Below, one piece after another: positions 9,686-19,216 of a stretch of 63,149 nt of DNA. The translations under genes and the position numbers were made by a program. Positions within the stretch are counted from its first letter, which is position 1. Every line of letters starts with the position of its first letter. The notes beneath the pieces were generated by a model. The model saw nothing but the letters and a program-made list of their open reading frames with translations. It searched no databases and was not told the origin of the DNA. The DNA is from Patescibacteria group bacterium. Lineage in GTDB: Bacteria; Patescibacteriota; Minisyncoccia; Phycocordibacterales; EsbW-18. The stretch is from the NCBI GenBank assembly GCA_038064475.1, contig JBBTTA010000007.1, positions 1-63,149 of the forward strand, in the 5' to 3' direction.

Positions 9686-9782
9686 CGACACCCGAAGCAG
9701 TCTTGCTCTTCGGGTGCCGCGCTCGCGTTTGTACCGCGGGTTTTTATCATGTCTACAACTTTCAACCTAATAAAAAACAATC

Positions 9783-10301
9783 ATGAAACATCAAACTATT
9801 ACCACAGTACTTCTCACGATTCTCGCCATTATGGGTCTCTTCGTGTGGGGATATGCTAATCGCGGCGTAGCCGACACGTCTGTTCAAAATGTCGCCGGTG
9901 AAGGCGCTTCGATCGGCTCGCTTTCTGCGCAAGAGACATTCTTTGACTTCGGAACCATCTCGATGAAAAATGGCAACGTCTCGAAAGAGTTCACCGTTAC
10001 GAATCAATCTGCCGAAGACATTCTCGTGTCATCACTCGTGACATCGTGCATGTGCACGACGTCATTCATCGTCGCACCTGACGGAAGCGTGAAGGGACCT
10101 TTCGGCATGCCTGGACACGGAAGAAGTGTGCCTCCGGCAAACGAAATGATTCCTGCGGGGGAGAGCCGGAGTATCCGCGTCGTGTTTGATCCGAACGCGC
10201 ACGGCCCAGCCGGCGTCGGCAGTATCGAACGCACGGTGACACTTACTGAAGATAACGGAGCGACACTTGAACTTGAGTTCAAGGCAGTCGTCACACCCTA
10301 G
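9783..10301 (+). CDS. DUF1573-like secreted protein
   Basis: N-terminal TM segment. FDFGTISMKNGNVSKEFTVTN is typical of DUF1573. Contains a CMC motif. Confidence 0.7.
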   Translation: MKHQTITTVLLTILAIMGLFVWGYANRGVADTSVQNVAGEGASIGSLSAQETFFDFGTISMKNGNVSKEFTVTNQSAEDILVSSLVTSCMCTTSFIVAPDGSVKGPFGMPGHGRSVPPANEMIPAGESRSIRVVFDPNAHGPAGVGSIERTVTLTEDNGATLELEFKAVVTP

Positions 10302-10303
10302 AT

Positions 10304-11083
10304 ATGAAACGACTCGTTATCACCGTGGGTGCGCTTCTTCTTGCACTCGGAAGCATCATTGCTCTCAAATATATTCCAGGATTTGCTGATGTCCTCTGGG
10401 GCGCGAGTGAGGGTGGGGCATGGCTTCTGCCGCTCGTAGTGTTCTCGGCGCTTCTCGACAGCGTTCATCCGTGCTCGTTCTCGATTCTGCTTATCACCAT
10501 AGCGTTCTTGTTCGGTCTGCAACTTCCGCGGAAGAAAATCTTGCAGATTGGCGGTATCTACATCGCTGGCATCTTCGCGGCGTACTTCACAATCGGCGTC
10601 GGACTTCTCAAGGTGCTCCACATCTTCAATGTGCCACACTTCATGGGCAAGCTTGGCGCAGGAATGCTCATTGTGTTCGGCATTCTGAATCTTCTCGGGT
10701 CTTTGTTCCCAAAGTTTCCGGTGAAGCTGAAGATTCCTGACGCGGCGCATCGTTCCATAAGCAATCTCATCAACGTGGTGTCCATACCAGCGGCATTTGC
10801 TCTTGGTCTTCTCGTCGGTCTCTGTCAGTTTCCGTGCATGGGTGGCCCCTACCTTATGGTGGTTGGTCTCTTACATGACGGCGGGGCATACGCGTCCGGA
10901 TTCGGCTATCTCTTGTTCTACAACGTCATTCTCATCGCGCCCTTGGTGGCGACACTTATTGTCGCGGCGGATCCTGCATTTGTAGACAAAATGCAGGAAT
11001 GGCGAAAGACGCAGATGAAAGACGTACACCGATGGGTCGGCATCGCGATGATTATCATCGGTATTCTTATCTTCTATCTCTAA
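10304..11083 (+). CDS. CcdA/DsbD-like thiol-disulfide membrane transporter
   Basis: Six or more TM segments. Membrane-embedded Cys residues in DSVHPCSFSILL and LCQFPCMGGP. Confidence 0.65.
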   Translation: MKRLVITVGALLLALGSIIALKYIPGFADVLWGASEGGAWLLPLVVFSALLDSVHPCSFSILLITIAFLFGLQLPRKKILQIGGIYIAGIFAAYFTIGVGLLKVLHIFNVPHFMGKLGAGMLIVFGILNLLGSLFPKFPVKLKIPDAAHRSISNLINVVSIPAAFALGLLVGLCQFPCMGGPYLMVVGLLHDGGAYASGFGYLLFYNVILIAPLVATLIVAADPAFVDKMQEWRKTQMKDVHRWVGIAMIIIGILIFYL

Positions 11084-11084
11084 T

Positions 11085-11471
11085 ATGGCACCACTGAAAA
11101 AAATCTGTCCGATCTGTGTTCTCGTAGCATGTACGTGGGTGACGATGTTTGTGCTGAGGCAGTTCGGGTACAACGTTGACGAAGGGCTTCTCGCCATGCT
11201 CATGGGCGGTAGCGCAGTCGGCGTCTCATACGCACTCGGCACGCGTCTCAAAACCAGCTCCCGTTCTGTATCGATGGTATGGAAGTTCATTGCGATTCCA
11301 CTCGGATTTTCTGCGATGTACGCGCTCCTGCGGTTTTCGTGGGGGTATGCGGTCGCGGCGACGATTGTGTTTGTTCTTGCATGGGTACTCTTTCACGGAG
11401 TGTCTGCAAGAAAAAAAGACGAACGGCGCGTGGATGACATTAGCAAAGCATTAGACGCATGTTGCGAATAA
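11085..11471 (+). CDS. Membrane protein with N-terminal CxxC and C-terminal CC
   Basis: MAPLKKICPICVLV.. with four hydrophobic segments, ending in ..DACCE. No family recognised. Confidence 0.6.
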   Translation: MAPLKKICPICVLVACTWVTMFVLRQFGYNVDEGLLAMLMGGSAVGVSYALGTRLKTSSRSVSMVWKFIAIPLGFSAMYALLRFSWGYAVAATIVFVLAWVLFHGVSARKKDERRVDDISKALDACCE

Positions 11472-11476
11472 AACCT

Positions 11477-12397
11477 ATGGAAAACGAAACAAACCCTATG
11501 GAAAACGAAATAATTAAAAAAGAAAGTCCGTTCCTTATTCCGCTAGCTCTGATTTTCGCGGCGGCGATGATTTCGGGTGCGTGGGTGTATAGTTCGCGAA
11601 ACCCAAAAGACATCATCCAGAAAACGGAGGAAGATCGAGCCGAGGAGCTCGCTAACGCCGTAGTGCCCGTGGAGGGTGTGGTGTTGCCGACTGTGTGGGG
11701 GAATCTCGGTAGTAAACTCGTAGAGGCTGGGGCAATCGATGGTGAGCGCTTCAGGGCGCTTTATGGAGGGCGTGGACAATGGAGTGATGAACTCGAACAG
11801 ATGCTTTCTGGACAGACGAACAACAATATTGTCATCACGCGAGAAAATGCGGAGTACCTTCTCAATATGTTCTGGGCGCTCGGGCTTGCCAACAAAAACG
11901 AGATACTTGAGACGGGGGAGATGATGACGAGAACTAACGGCGATGTGTCAGGATTCGCCTCTACCGCAGGGTGGACAATGGCTGTTGGTGATGCGATGAG
12001 CCATTACAGCATGCATCAACTCTTCGATTTGACGCCGGAGCAACAACAGATGGTCGACATAATGTCGCGCGGCATATTCCGTCCGTGTTGCGGGAATTCA
12101 ACACATTTACCCGATTGCAATCACGGCATGGCGATGCTCGGATTCCTCGAGCTCATGGCGTCTCAAGGTGCGACAGAAGAAGAAATGTGGAACGCGGCAC
12201 TCGCTGTCAATTCCTACTGGTTCCCAGACATGTACCAAACGGTCGCATCCTATATCGAGGCGCAAGGTCTTGCATGGACAGATGTTTCGGCACGCGAATT
12301 GCTCAGTGCAACATACTCGAGCGGCTCTGGTTTCGCGAACATCAAATCAAAATCGGTTCAACCAGCGAAATCTGGCGGTGGTGGATGCTCGGTATAA
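11477..12397 (+). CDS. Membrane-anchored exported protein with PCCGNSTHLPDCNHG motif
   Basis: One TM anchor, then a soluble domain with clustered Cys/His residues and a C-terminal GGGGC. The start falls inside a 21-nt tandem duplication; the track ORF starts at 11459. Confidence 0.6.
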   Translation: MENETNPMENEIIKKESPFLIPLALIFAAAMISGAWVYSSRNPKDIIQKTEEDRAEELANAVVPVEGVVLPTVWGNLGSKLVEAGAIDGERFRALYGGRGQWSDELEQMLSGQTNNNIVITRENAEYLLNMFWALGLANKNEILETGEMMTRTNGDVSGFASTAGWTMAVGDAMSHYSMHQLFDLTPEQQQMVDIMSRGIFRPCCGNSTHLPDCNHGMAMLGFLELMASQGATEEEMWNAALAVNSYWFPDMYQTVASYIEAQGLAWTDVSARELLSATYSSGSGFANIKSKSVQPAKSGGGGCSV

Positions 12398-12467
12398 ACC
12401 AATGCACTCTGTTGGTCGGTCACACAACGCCTCACGTCGGGGCGTTGTGTGATAAAATGGCACATCT

Positions 12468-13502
12468 ATGACATCGCCCAACAGTACAACCTACATATTT
12501 CACGTTAACGGCATGCACTGTGCGTCCTGTGTTGTTCTCACCGAGAGTGAACTTTCAGATGTTCCCGAAGTATCTCGTGTGAAAGCTTCCTTGAAGCATC
12601 GTACTGTAGAGGTGACAGGGGACTTTGGTGATAAAACACCCGAACATGTCGCCAAAGACCTCTCAAGTATTCTTGAGCCGCACGGCTATACGCTTTCAGT
12701 TGAGAAAAAAACACACGTAGCTACGTGGTCTGATTTTAAGATTGCTATTCCAGTTGCAGCTGCATTCATTGCGTTTTTTATCATTCTCCAAAAACTTGGA
12801 ATCGTGAATCTTGTGTCTGGAACGAACGTCGGCTACGGCACAGCGTTTGTTGTCGGTCTTATTGCATCAGTTTCAACATGTATGGCAGTTGTGGGCGGAC
12901 TTGTGCTTTCTATGTCAGCGAATTTTGCGAAAGAAAATGACAAAGTGCGCCCGCAGGTGCTCTTTCATGTTGGCCGACTCGTTTCATTTTTTGTACTCGG
13001 TGGTGTTATTGGTGCCGTTGGCTCAGCATTCCAACTTGGTGTCACAGGAACATTTGTGTTGAGTCTGCTTGTCGCGCTCATTATGCTCATTCTTGGTCTT
13101 AATCTTCTTGATGTATTTCCGTGGGCAAAAAAACTACAGCCGATGATGCCAACATTTATCGGCAAACACGTGCATGGATTAAAAAATATGAATCACACGC
13201 TCACACCTCTCATTGTTGGTGTCGCGACATTCTTTTTGCCATGCGGTTTTACGCAGTCAATGCAAATCTACACGCTTGGTGCGGGAAGTTTTTGGACGGG
13301 GGCATTCATTATGTCTGCGTTCGCGCTCGGCACACTGCCTGTGCTCGCATTGTTGTCGTTTAGTTCGTTGGGCATTCACACAAAAGCACGCTCAGGTATC
13401 TTCTTCAAGACGGCGGGCCTCGTTGTGCTGTTCTTCGGGGTGTTCAATCTCATTAATAGTCTTGTGGTGATTGGGCTCATCCCACCTGTCTTTGATTTCT
13501 AG
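12468..13502 (+). CDS. HMA-domain fused to a DsbD_2/TauE-like membrane protein
   Basis: N-terminal GMHCASC heavy-metal-associated fold. Membrane Cys motifs SVSTCMAV and FFLPCGFTQ. Confidence 0.8.
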   Translation: MTSPNSTTYIFHVNGMHCASCVVLTESELSDVPEVSRVKASLKHRTVEVTGDFGDKTPEHVAKDLSSILEPHGYTLSVEKKTHVATWSDFKIAIPVAAAFIAFFIILQKLGIVNLVSGTNVGYGTAFVVGLIASVSTCMAVVGGLVLSMSANFAKENDKVRPQVLFHVGRLVSFFVLGGVIGAVGSAFQLGVTGTFVLSLLVALIMLILGLNLLDVFPWAKKLQPMMPTFIGKHVHGLKNMNHTLTPLIVGVATFFLPCGFTQSMQIYTLGAGSFWTGAFIMSAFALGTLPVLALLSFSSLGIHTKARSGIFFKTAGLVVLFFGVFNLINSLVVIGLIPPVFDF

Positions 13503-13515
13503 TATACTCACGCAT

Positions 13516-13905
13516 ATGAAAAGCATTTTTCTAGCACTCATTCTTGCAGGGCTCTTCATCACGGCGGGAATTGTGTTTTCACCGAAGAATACAGGAACAG
13601 AAGATGGCGCCCCCATCAACAGCGTGAGCATTGTTGATGGAACACAATTTATAAATCTCACCGCAAAAGGAGGATACACGCCAAAGAAAAGTGTCGCACA
13701 AGCAGGCATTCCCACGATTCTTCGATTCACTACGAAGGGAACGTTTGATTGTTCCGCCGCACTTCGCATTCCAAGCCTAGACATTAGCGCAAATCTTACT
13801 CCTTCAGGAACAAAAGAAATTGATATTGGAAGCCCAGAGGCCGGGGTGCTTCAGGGGACATGTGGCATGGGCATGTACCCATTTGAGATTGAATTTCAGA
13901 AATAG
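13516..13905 (+). CDS. Cupredoxin_1-like small exported protein
   Basis: TM anchor. C-terminal GTCGMGMYPFEIEF is typical of the cupredoxin-like domain paired with HMA membrane proteins. Confidence 0.65.
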   Translation: MKSIFLALILAGLFITAGIVFSPKNTGTEDGAPINSVSIVDGTQFINLTAKGGYTPKKSVAQAGIPTILRFTTKGTFDCSAALRIPSLDISANLTPSGTKEIDIGSPEAGVLQGTCGMGMYPFEIEFQK

Positions 13906-14009
13906 CGCATTCTTTGTAGCGAAATACCTCACAGCGTAGGTGTTTTTTCACTTTTCATACATGCATGACGCGGTATACTGTGAGTAGCACATTATTCATA
14001 CAACATTTT

Positions 14010-14921
14010 ATGAACCGCACATACATCTTTGGTTTTCTTTCAGTAGCACTTATTAGCATCACGCTCTTCGCTGCAACACCTGCGCACGCAGCAGTGACCT
14101 GTACGTTTACGCGCGATCTTTCACTGGGTGTTACAGGAGAAGATGTTCGTTGTCTTCAGCAATACTTGAACGACGCCGGAATTATTGTCGCAACAGAAGG
14201 TCCGGGTTCTCCAGGTAACGAAACAAGCCTCTATCGCGAAAAAACAGTCGAGGCGGTCAAAAAGTGGCAGTCATCAAAAGGTATAAGTCCAGCAACAGGA
14301 ACATGGGGGCCATTGTCGCGCGGTTTGTATGAAAAATTAATCACGCTTGTGATGCCACCTGTTGTTGTACTGCCAACAACGCCGGTTGTGACGACGCCAT
14401 CTCAATCATCCGCTGAAAAATCTGCACGAACGAGCCTCAAAGCGGCCGTAACGGCACTTACAAAAGCCATTGATGATCTTGAAGAAGCAGAAGAGGATGG
14501 AGATGATACAGGGGATGCAGAGGAATTTGTTGATGATGCACAAGAAAACATCCTTGAGGCATTTGCTTCATTCCTTGCGGGCGACTTTGAGGACGCAAAA
14601 GACTCTGCTGACAGCGCACGAAGTGATGCAGAAGATGCACAGGATGAACTTGGCACTGAAGATGACAATAATGAAGTAGATGAGGACGATGCAGAGGATG
14701 CAATTGCAGATGCAGAAATACTCATAGATGAACTTGATGAAGCAATTGATGACGAAGAAGATGAGGGGGACGATGTTGATGAAGCAGAAGACCTTATTGC
14801 AGAAGCTAGGGACCTCCTTGAAGAAGCAGAAGAGGCACTCGATGACGAAGACTATGAAGACGTGATTGATCTTACAGAAGAAATCGAAGATCTCGTTGAT
14901 GAAGCGTACGAAACGTTCTAA
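14010..14921 (+). CDS. Peptidoglycan-binding-domain protein with a long Asp/Glu-rich tail
   Basis: Signal peptide. PG_binding_1-like LSLGVTGEDVRCLQQYLN..VKKWQSSKGISPATG. About 190 aa of acidic low complexity follow. Confidence 0.75.
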   Translation: MNRTYIFGFLSVALISITLFAATPAHAAVTCTFTRDLSLGVTGEDVRCLQQYLNDAGIIVATEGPGSPGNETSLYREKTVEAVKKWQSSKGISPATGTWGPLSRGLYEKLITLVMPPVVVLPTTPVVTTPSQSSAEKSARTSLKAAVTALTKAIDDLEEAEEDGDDTGDAEEFVDDAQENILEAFASFLAGDFEDAKDSADSARSDAEDAQDELGTEDDNNEVDEDDAEDAIADAEILIDELDEAIDDEEDEGDDVDEAEDLIAEARDLLEEAEEALDDEDYEDVIDLTEEIEDLVDEAYETF

Positions 14922-14926
14922 CAAAG

Positions 14927-15643
14927 ATGTTTAAAAGATATTTTCTCCTTATTGGGGCGCTCTTGGTTGTTGCGGGGGCAATTTTCTATGTGCGTGGCGG
15001 CACATTTTCACCATCGTACGGCGCACACGAAGAAAAAAGTACGTACGTGATTGATGTATCGGTTCCACGAACGACAAATAACGCGCTCAATGAAGCGGTT
15101 ACTGCATATGTGAATGCGCGCGCGAAAGAATTTGCCGAAATGTACGCGCCCGAAATGTTTTCGGAAGCAGACCTCGAAAATCTTGGTTTCAACGATGGTC
15201 GGCAGTATGAACTTAGCATTACAGGCGAAGCGTGGGACTATAACAACCTCTCGGGTATAAGTGTGTTGGTGTACACATACACGGGTGGCGCGCATGGTTC
15301 TACGGTCTATGTTCCTTTTATGAATGATGATGTGGGTACACCTGTGTCACTCCGTGATCTCTTTGTGCCGAACGCTCCGTACCTTGAGCGTATCGCAGGT
15401 GATATACAGCCAACGCTACGAGAAGAACTTGAGGAAGGCGACATGTATGTTGAAGAATTCTTTATAGAGGGAACGAAACCAAGCGAAGGAAACTTTTTTG
15501 TTGATCAAATTGATGATGGGGGGATTACGTTCGTGTTTCAGGAGTATCAAGTCGCTCCCTATGCAGCGGGTACACCACGCACAACGGTTTCTCTGACGTC
15601 ACTTACAGACATTCTCAACCCAACATACTTTGGGAAGAATTAA
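14927..15643 (+). CDS. DUF3298/DUF4163-like (RsiV-like) envelope protein
   Basis: TM anchor. YTYTGGAHGST and FQEYQVAPYAAG motifs. Confidence 0.75.
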   Translation: MFKRYFLLIGALLVVAGAIFYVRGGTFSPSYGAHEEKSTYVIDVSVPRTTNNALNEAVTAYVNARAKEFAEMYAPEMFSEADLENLGFNDGRQYELSITGEAWDYNNLSGISVLVYTYTGGAHGSTVYVPFMNDDVGTPVSLRDLFVPNAPYLERIAGDIQPTLREELEEGDMYVEEFFIEGTKPSEGNFFVDQIDDGGITFVFQEYQVAPYAAGTPRTTVSLTSLTDILNPTYFGKN

Positions 15644-15732
15644 TGAAGACAGACTTGACGTCGCGTGCTAAGAAACAGATACTAGAGCACTACAGGGTTT
15701 TTGTTCGATAATTACAACTATATTTTTATTGT

Positions 15733-16425
15733 ATGTCAGGAAAATTTTTAATTATTCTTCTTATTATCGGGCTTGGTTTGGGATTTTTGGTGTACTCACG
15801 ACGTAACAAGACAGAAGACACATTGGTGCCTCCTGTGACAACAACGACAGACGGAACAGCAATCATGATGGAAGATGGTGCGGGTGGGCCACCAACTACC
15901 TACACTGACGGCACATACACACTCGACACAAACGCAAGTTCTATTGCATGGACAGGATCAAAAACACTTATTAAGAATTACGAAGACCACGGCACACTTT
16001 CTTTCTCGGGGGGCACAGTCGCAGTTGAAAGTGGCGTTGTAACCTCGGGCACGTTCACGGTTGATATGAATTCATTTAATGTGACAACAACAGGACGTGG
16101 CTCGGGCAACGATATGCTTGAAGGGCACCTCAAATCAGAGGACTTCTTTGAAGTAGCAACATATCCAACAGCAACAATTGAGTTAGTGAGCGTTGCGAAC
16201 GGTAGTGTGACAGCGGATGTGACTATTAAGGGCATTACAAAGCAAGTAACATTCCCTGCAACAATTTCAGAAGACGGTACAGCGCTTGTGGGTAATGCAA
16301 GTCTCGTGATTGACCGTACCAACTGGGATATTCAGTACGGTTCAACGAAATTCTTCGGTAACTTGGGAGACAACGTCATAGACGACAAAGTAACGTTGGT
16401 ATTAACCCTCCGCGCAACACGATAG
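15733..16425 (+). CDS. YceI-family protein
   Basis: SSIAWTGSK..TVDMNSF..LEGHLKSEDFFEVATYPTATIEL..VTIKGITKQVTFPA. Confidence 0.85.
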   Translation: MSGKFLIILLIIGLGLGFLVYSRRNKTEDTLVPPVTTTTDGTAIMMEDGAGGPPTTYTDGTYTLDTNASSIAWTGSKTLIKNYEDHGTLSFSGGTVAVESGVVTSGTFTVDMNSFNVTTTGRGSGNDMLEGHLKSEDFFEVATYPTATIELVSVANGSVTADVTIKGITKQVTFPATISEDGTALVGNASLVIDRTNWDIQYGSTKFFGNLGDNVIDDKVTLVLTLRATR

Positions 16426-16450
16426 TAATGGAGTAGTAGTAACTTTTTAC

Positions 16451-16486
16451 AAAGGTCGTACCATATAGATGGCGGTACGACCTTTT
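16451..16486 (+). terminator. Intrinsic terminator
   Basis: AAAGGTCGTACC..GGTACGACCTTT followed by TGTTG. Confidence 0.75.
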
Positions 16487-16520
16487 GTTGTATTAAAAAA
16501 TTATTTTTCTAATCATTTCT

Positions 16521-17375
16521 ATGTTTGATAACCTATTAGTGCAACGTTTACTCAAGTTCGGTGGTGTGTTGCTTGCCGTACTTACTGTGTACGTTGGAGC
16601 GCTCGCTTTGAATACATTTAAAGAAAACAAATATATCGGTGGCGGCGTTCCTGCGGGCAACGTCATCACGGTATCAGGTGAAGGAGAGGCTTTTGCAATT
16701 CCTGACATCGCAGAGATATCACTTGAAGTTGTTGCTGAAAAAGCAACAGTAGCGGAAGCACAAGAAGAAGTGACAACAAAGATGAATGCGATCATTGCAT
16801 ACCTCAAGGATCAAGGTATTCCCGAGCGTGATATTAAAACAACAAACTACAGTTCAAACCCTCGTTATGAATGGCACGACGGTCCAGTACCACTTCCAGC
16901 AGTCATGATGGAGGGTGGAAGTGCGGGTGGTGCAAGCGACGCGATGATGTCGTATCCGTACTACGATGGCGGCGATAACCGCGTACTCGTTGGATACGAA
17001 GTTCGTCACAGCATTACAGTAAAGATTCGTGATACCGAAAAAGCAGGAACAATTGTTGCTGGCGTTGGAGATTTAGGCGCAACAAATATGTATGGTCCAA
17101 ACTTTACGATCGATGATGAAGACGCACTTATGCGCGAAGCACGTGAAGACGCGATCCAAGATGCAAAAGAGAAGGCAGAGCAACTTGCCGAGGATCTCGA
17201 CGTACGACTGGTTCGCATCGTTTCATTCTCAGAAAACGGCGGCGGCTACTACCCGATGTATCGGGGACTCGAAATGGCCGCATACGATGAAGCAAGTGTA
17301 AAAGTGGCTCCAGAATTGCCAGAAGGTGAGCAGACCGTGAATGCGTACGTTTCAATTACGTACGAGATTCGCTAA
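16521..17375 (+). CDS. SIMPL-domain (DUF541) protein
   Basis: ITVSGEGEAFAIPDIAEISLEV..GYEVRHSITVKIRD..VNAYVSITYEI. Confidence 0.8.
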   Translation: MFDNLLVQRLLKFGGVLLAVLTVYVGALALNTFKENKYIGGGVPAGNVITVSGEGEAFAIPDIAEISLEVVAEKATVAEAQEEVTTKMNAIIAYLKDQGIPERDIKTTNYSSNPRYEWHDGPVPLPAVMMEGGSAGGASDAMMSYPYYDGGDNRVLVGYEVRHSITVKIRDTEKAGTIVAGVGDLGATNMYGPNFTIDDEDALMREAREDAIQDAKEKAEQLAEDLDVRLVRIVSFSENGGGYYPMYRGLEMAAYDEASVKVAPELPEGEQTVNAYVSITYEIR

Positions 17376-17390
17376 ATAAACTCCTTGATG

Positions 17391-17416
17391 AAAAGTCCGC
17401 TTCGGCGGGCTTTTTC
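17391..17416 (+). terminator. Intrinsic terminator
   Basis: AAAAGTCCGC-TTCG-GCGGGCTTTTT. Confidence 0.85.
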
Positions 17417-17446
17417 ATTGTGTATGAAGTGCTACACTAAAAGCAT

Positions 17447-19198
17447 ATGTACATCGATACGAAACAAGTAGAACGCTTTTTACTTGAAACGAAACTCCTT
17501 TCGAAGGCAAAACTCGAAGAAGCAGTTGATATTGCAAAAGAAAAAGATCAAAGCGTTGAAGATGTGCTCGTCTCAGAAGGTGTGGTTTCAGACGATGACA
17601 TGCGCCGAGCGAAAGCGCACGTGCTTGGTATTCCTTTTGTTGAACTCAAAGATCAAAAAATTGATTTTGCTGTTCTCTCGATGATTCCCGAGCCCGTTGC
17701 GCGTAACAACAATATTATTGCGTACAATCAGCGACCTGAAGGACTCGATGTTGCGATGCTCGACGTGGATGATCTTCAAGCAATCGACTTCGTGAAGAAA
17801 AAGACAGGGCTTGCTATCGTGCCGCATCTCACGGACACCGAATCAGTGAAACAGGCGTTGCTCTTGTACCAGCGAAGTCTTAAGGCGGAGTTCGGGGACA
17901 TCATCAAAGACGAAGCGGCTGCGTTTACAACGATTGCCGACACAAACGGAGAGGGAGAGGTGACGGGAGAAGATCTCAAAAAACTCGCCGAAGATCTTCC
18001 TATCGTGCGCATTGTGGACACACTCATTAAACACGCCGTCCTGCAGGGTGCATCCGACATCCATATTGAGCCGATGGAGAAACAACTTCTTATTCGGTAC
18101 CGCATCGATGGACTTTTGCATGATGCGATGACGTTGCCGAAGGCCGCCATCTCGGGTATTAGCGCGCGCATCAAAGTGCTTTCGAATTTGAAGCTCGACG
18201 AAAAACGTCTTCCACAAGACGGCCGTTTCAAGATTGATCTCGGCGGGGAGAGGGTGAGTTTCCGTGTCTCAACACTGCCAACATATTACGGTGAGAAAGT
18301 CGTCATGCGTATTTTGCGCGAAGGTGCATCCGGTTTCACACTCGAGTCACTCGGTTTTCATGGTGATGGACTTGAAGCACTTCACTGGGCAACAAAACAA
18401 GCGACAGGAATGATTTTGACAACAGGTCCGACAGGATCCGGTAAGACGACAACACTCTATACGCTCTTGGATATTTTGAATCAGCCTGATGTGAATATCT
18501 CAACGGTTGAAGATCCAATCGAGTATCAGATGGCACGTGTGAATCAAACGCAGGTGAAGCCAGAAATTGGTATGACATTCGGTAACGGGCTTCGCGCTCT
18601 TGTTCGTCAGGACCCCGACATCATCATGGTGGGTGAAATTCGTGACACTGAAACAGCATCACTTGCGGTAAACGCATCACTCACGGGCCACCTGGTGCTT
18701 TCAACATTGCACACAAACTCATCTGCAGGTGCAATGCCGCGCTTGCTTGATATGAACATCGAGCCATTTCTTTTGGTGTCGACGATTAAGGTCATCATTG
18801 GTCAGCGTCTCGTGCGCGTGCTCACCAAAGACAAAGAGGAATACTTTTTGACTGAAGATGAGGTTACATCCCTCGGAAAATCAATCGATCTTGATCGTAT
18901 GCTCGATTTTTTGAAAAAAGAAAATATTGTTGCATCGAGCGCAACGTGGAAGAAAGTCCCGTTCTATCGTCCAAAAGAAGGAGCAGAAGGGGGCGGATAC
19001 AAGGGACGTATCGGTATCCATGAAATACTCAAATTATCTTCTGCGACAAAGGAACTCATTATGAAGAACGCGCCATCAGACGCTATTGAGGTACAGGCAA
19101 AGTCAGAGGGTATGATGACGATGCTTGAGGACGGTATTTTCAAGGCCGTACAGGGCGTGACAACGCTTGAGGAAGTACTTCGTGTTGTTACGGAATAG
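17447..19198 (+). CDS. pilB: GspE/PilB-family type IV pilus / type II secretion ATPase
   Basis: N-terminal GSPII_E-like domain, Walker A GPTGSGKTTT, VGEIRD, and HLVLSTLHTN. Confidence 0.9.
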   Translation: MYIDTKQVERFLLETKLLSKAKLEEAVDIAKEKDQSVEDVLVSEGVVSDDDMRRAKAHVLGIPFVELKDQKIDFAVLSMIPEPVARNNNIIAYNQRPEGLDVAMLDVDDLQAIDFVKKKTGLAIVPHLTDTESVKQALLLYQRSLKAEFGDIIKDEAAAFTTIADTNGEGEVTGEDLKKLAEDLPIVRIVDTLIKHAVLQGASDIHIEPMEKQLLIRYRIDGLLHDAMTLPKAAISGISARIKVLSNLKLDEKRLPQDGRFKIDLGGERVSFRVSTLPTYYGEKVVMRILREGASGFTLESLGFHGDGLEALHWATKQATGMILTTGPTGSGKTTTLYTLLDILNQPDVNISTVEDPIEYQMARVNQTQVKPEIGMTFGNGLRALVRQDPDIIMVGEIRDTETASLAVNASLTGHLVLSTLHTNSSAGAMPRLLDMNIEPFLLVSTIKVIIGQRLVRVLTKDKEEYFLTEDEVTSLGKSIDLDRMLDFLKKENIVASSATWKKVPFYRPKEGAEGGGYKGRIGIHEILKLSSATKELIMKNAPSDAIEVQAKSEGMMTMLEDGIFKAVQGVTTLEEVLRVVTE

Positions 19199-19216
19199 TT
19201 TTGTATACTGGTATAC

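Noticed and set aside
14400-14900. DNA-level tandem repeat or array in the acidic tail region.
   Set aside because: The periodicity is at the amino-acid level (Asp/Glu-rich low complexity with GAA/GAT/GAG codons), and there is no exact nucleotide repeat unit. The overlapping minus-strand ORFs (14402-14725, 14568-14924) are shadow frames.
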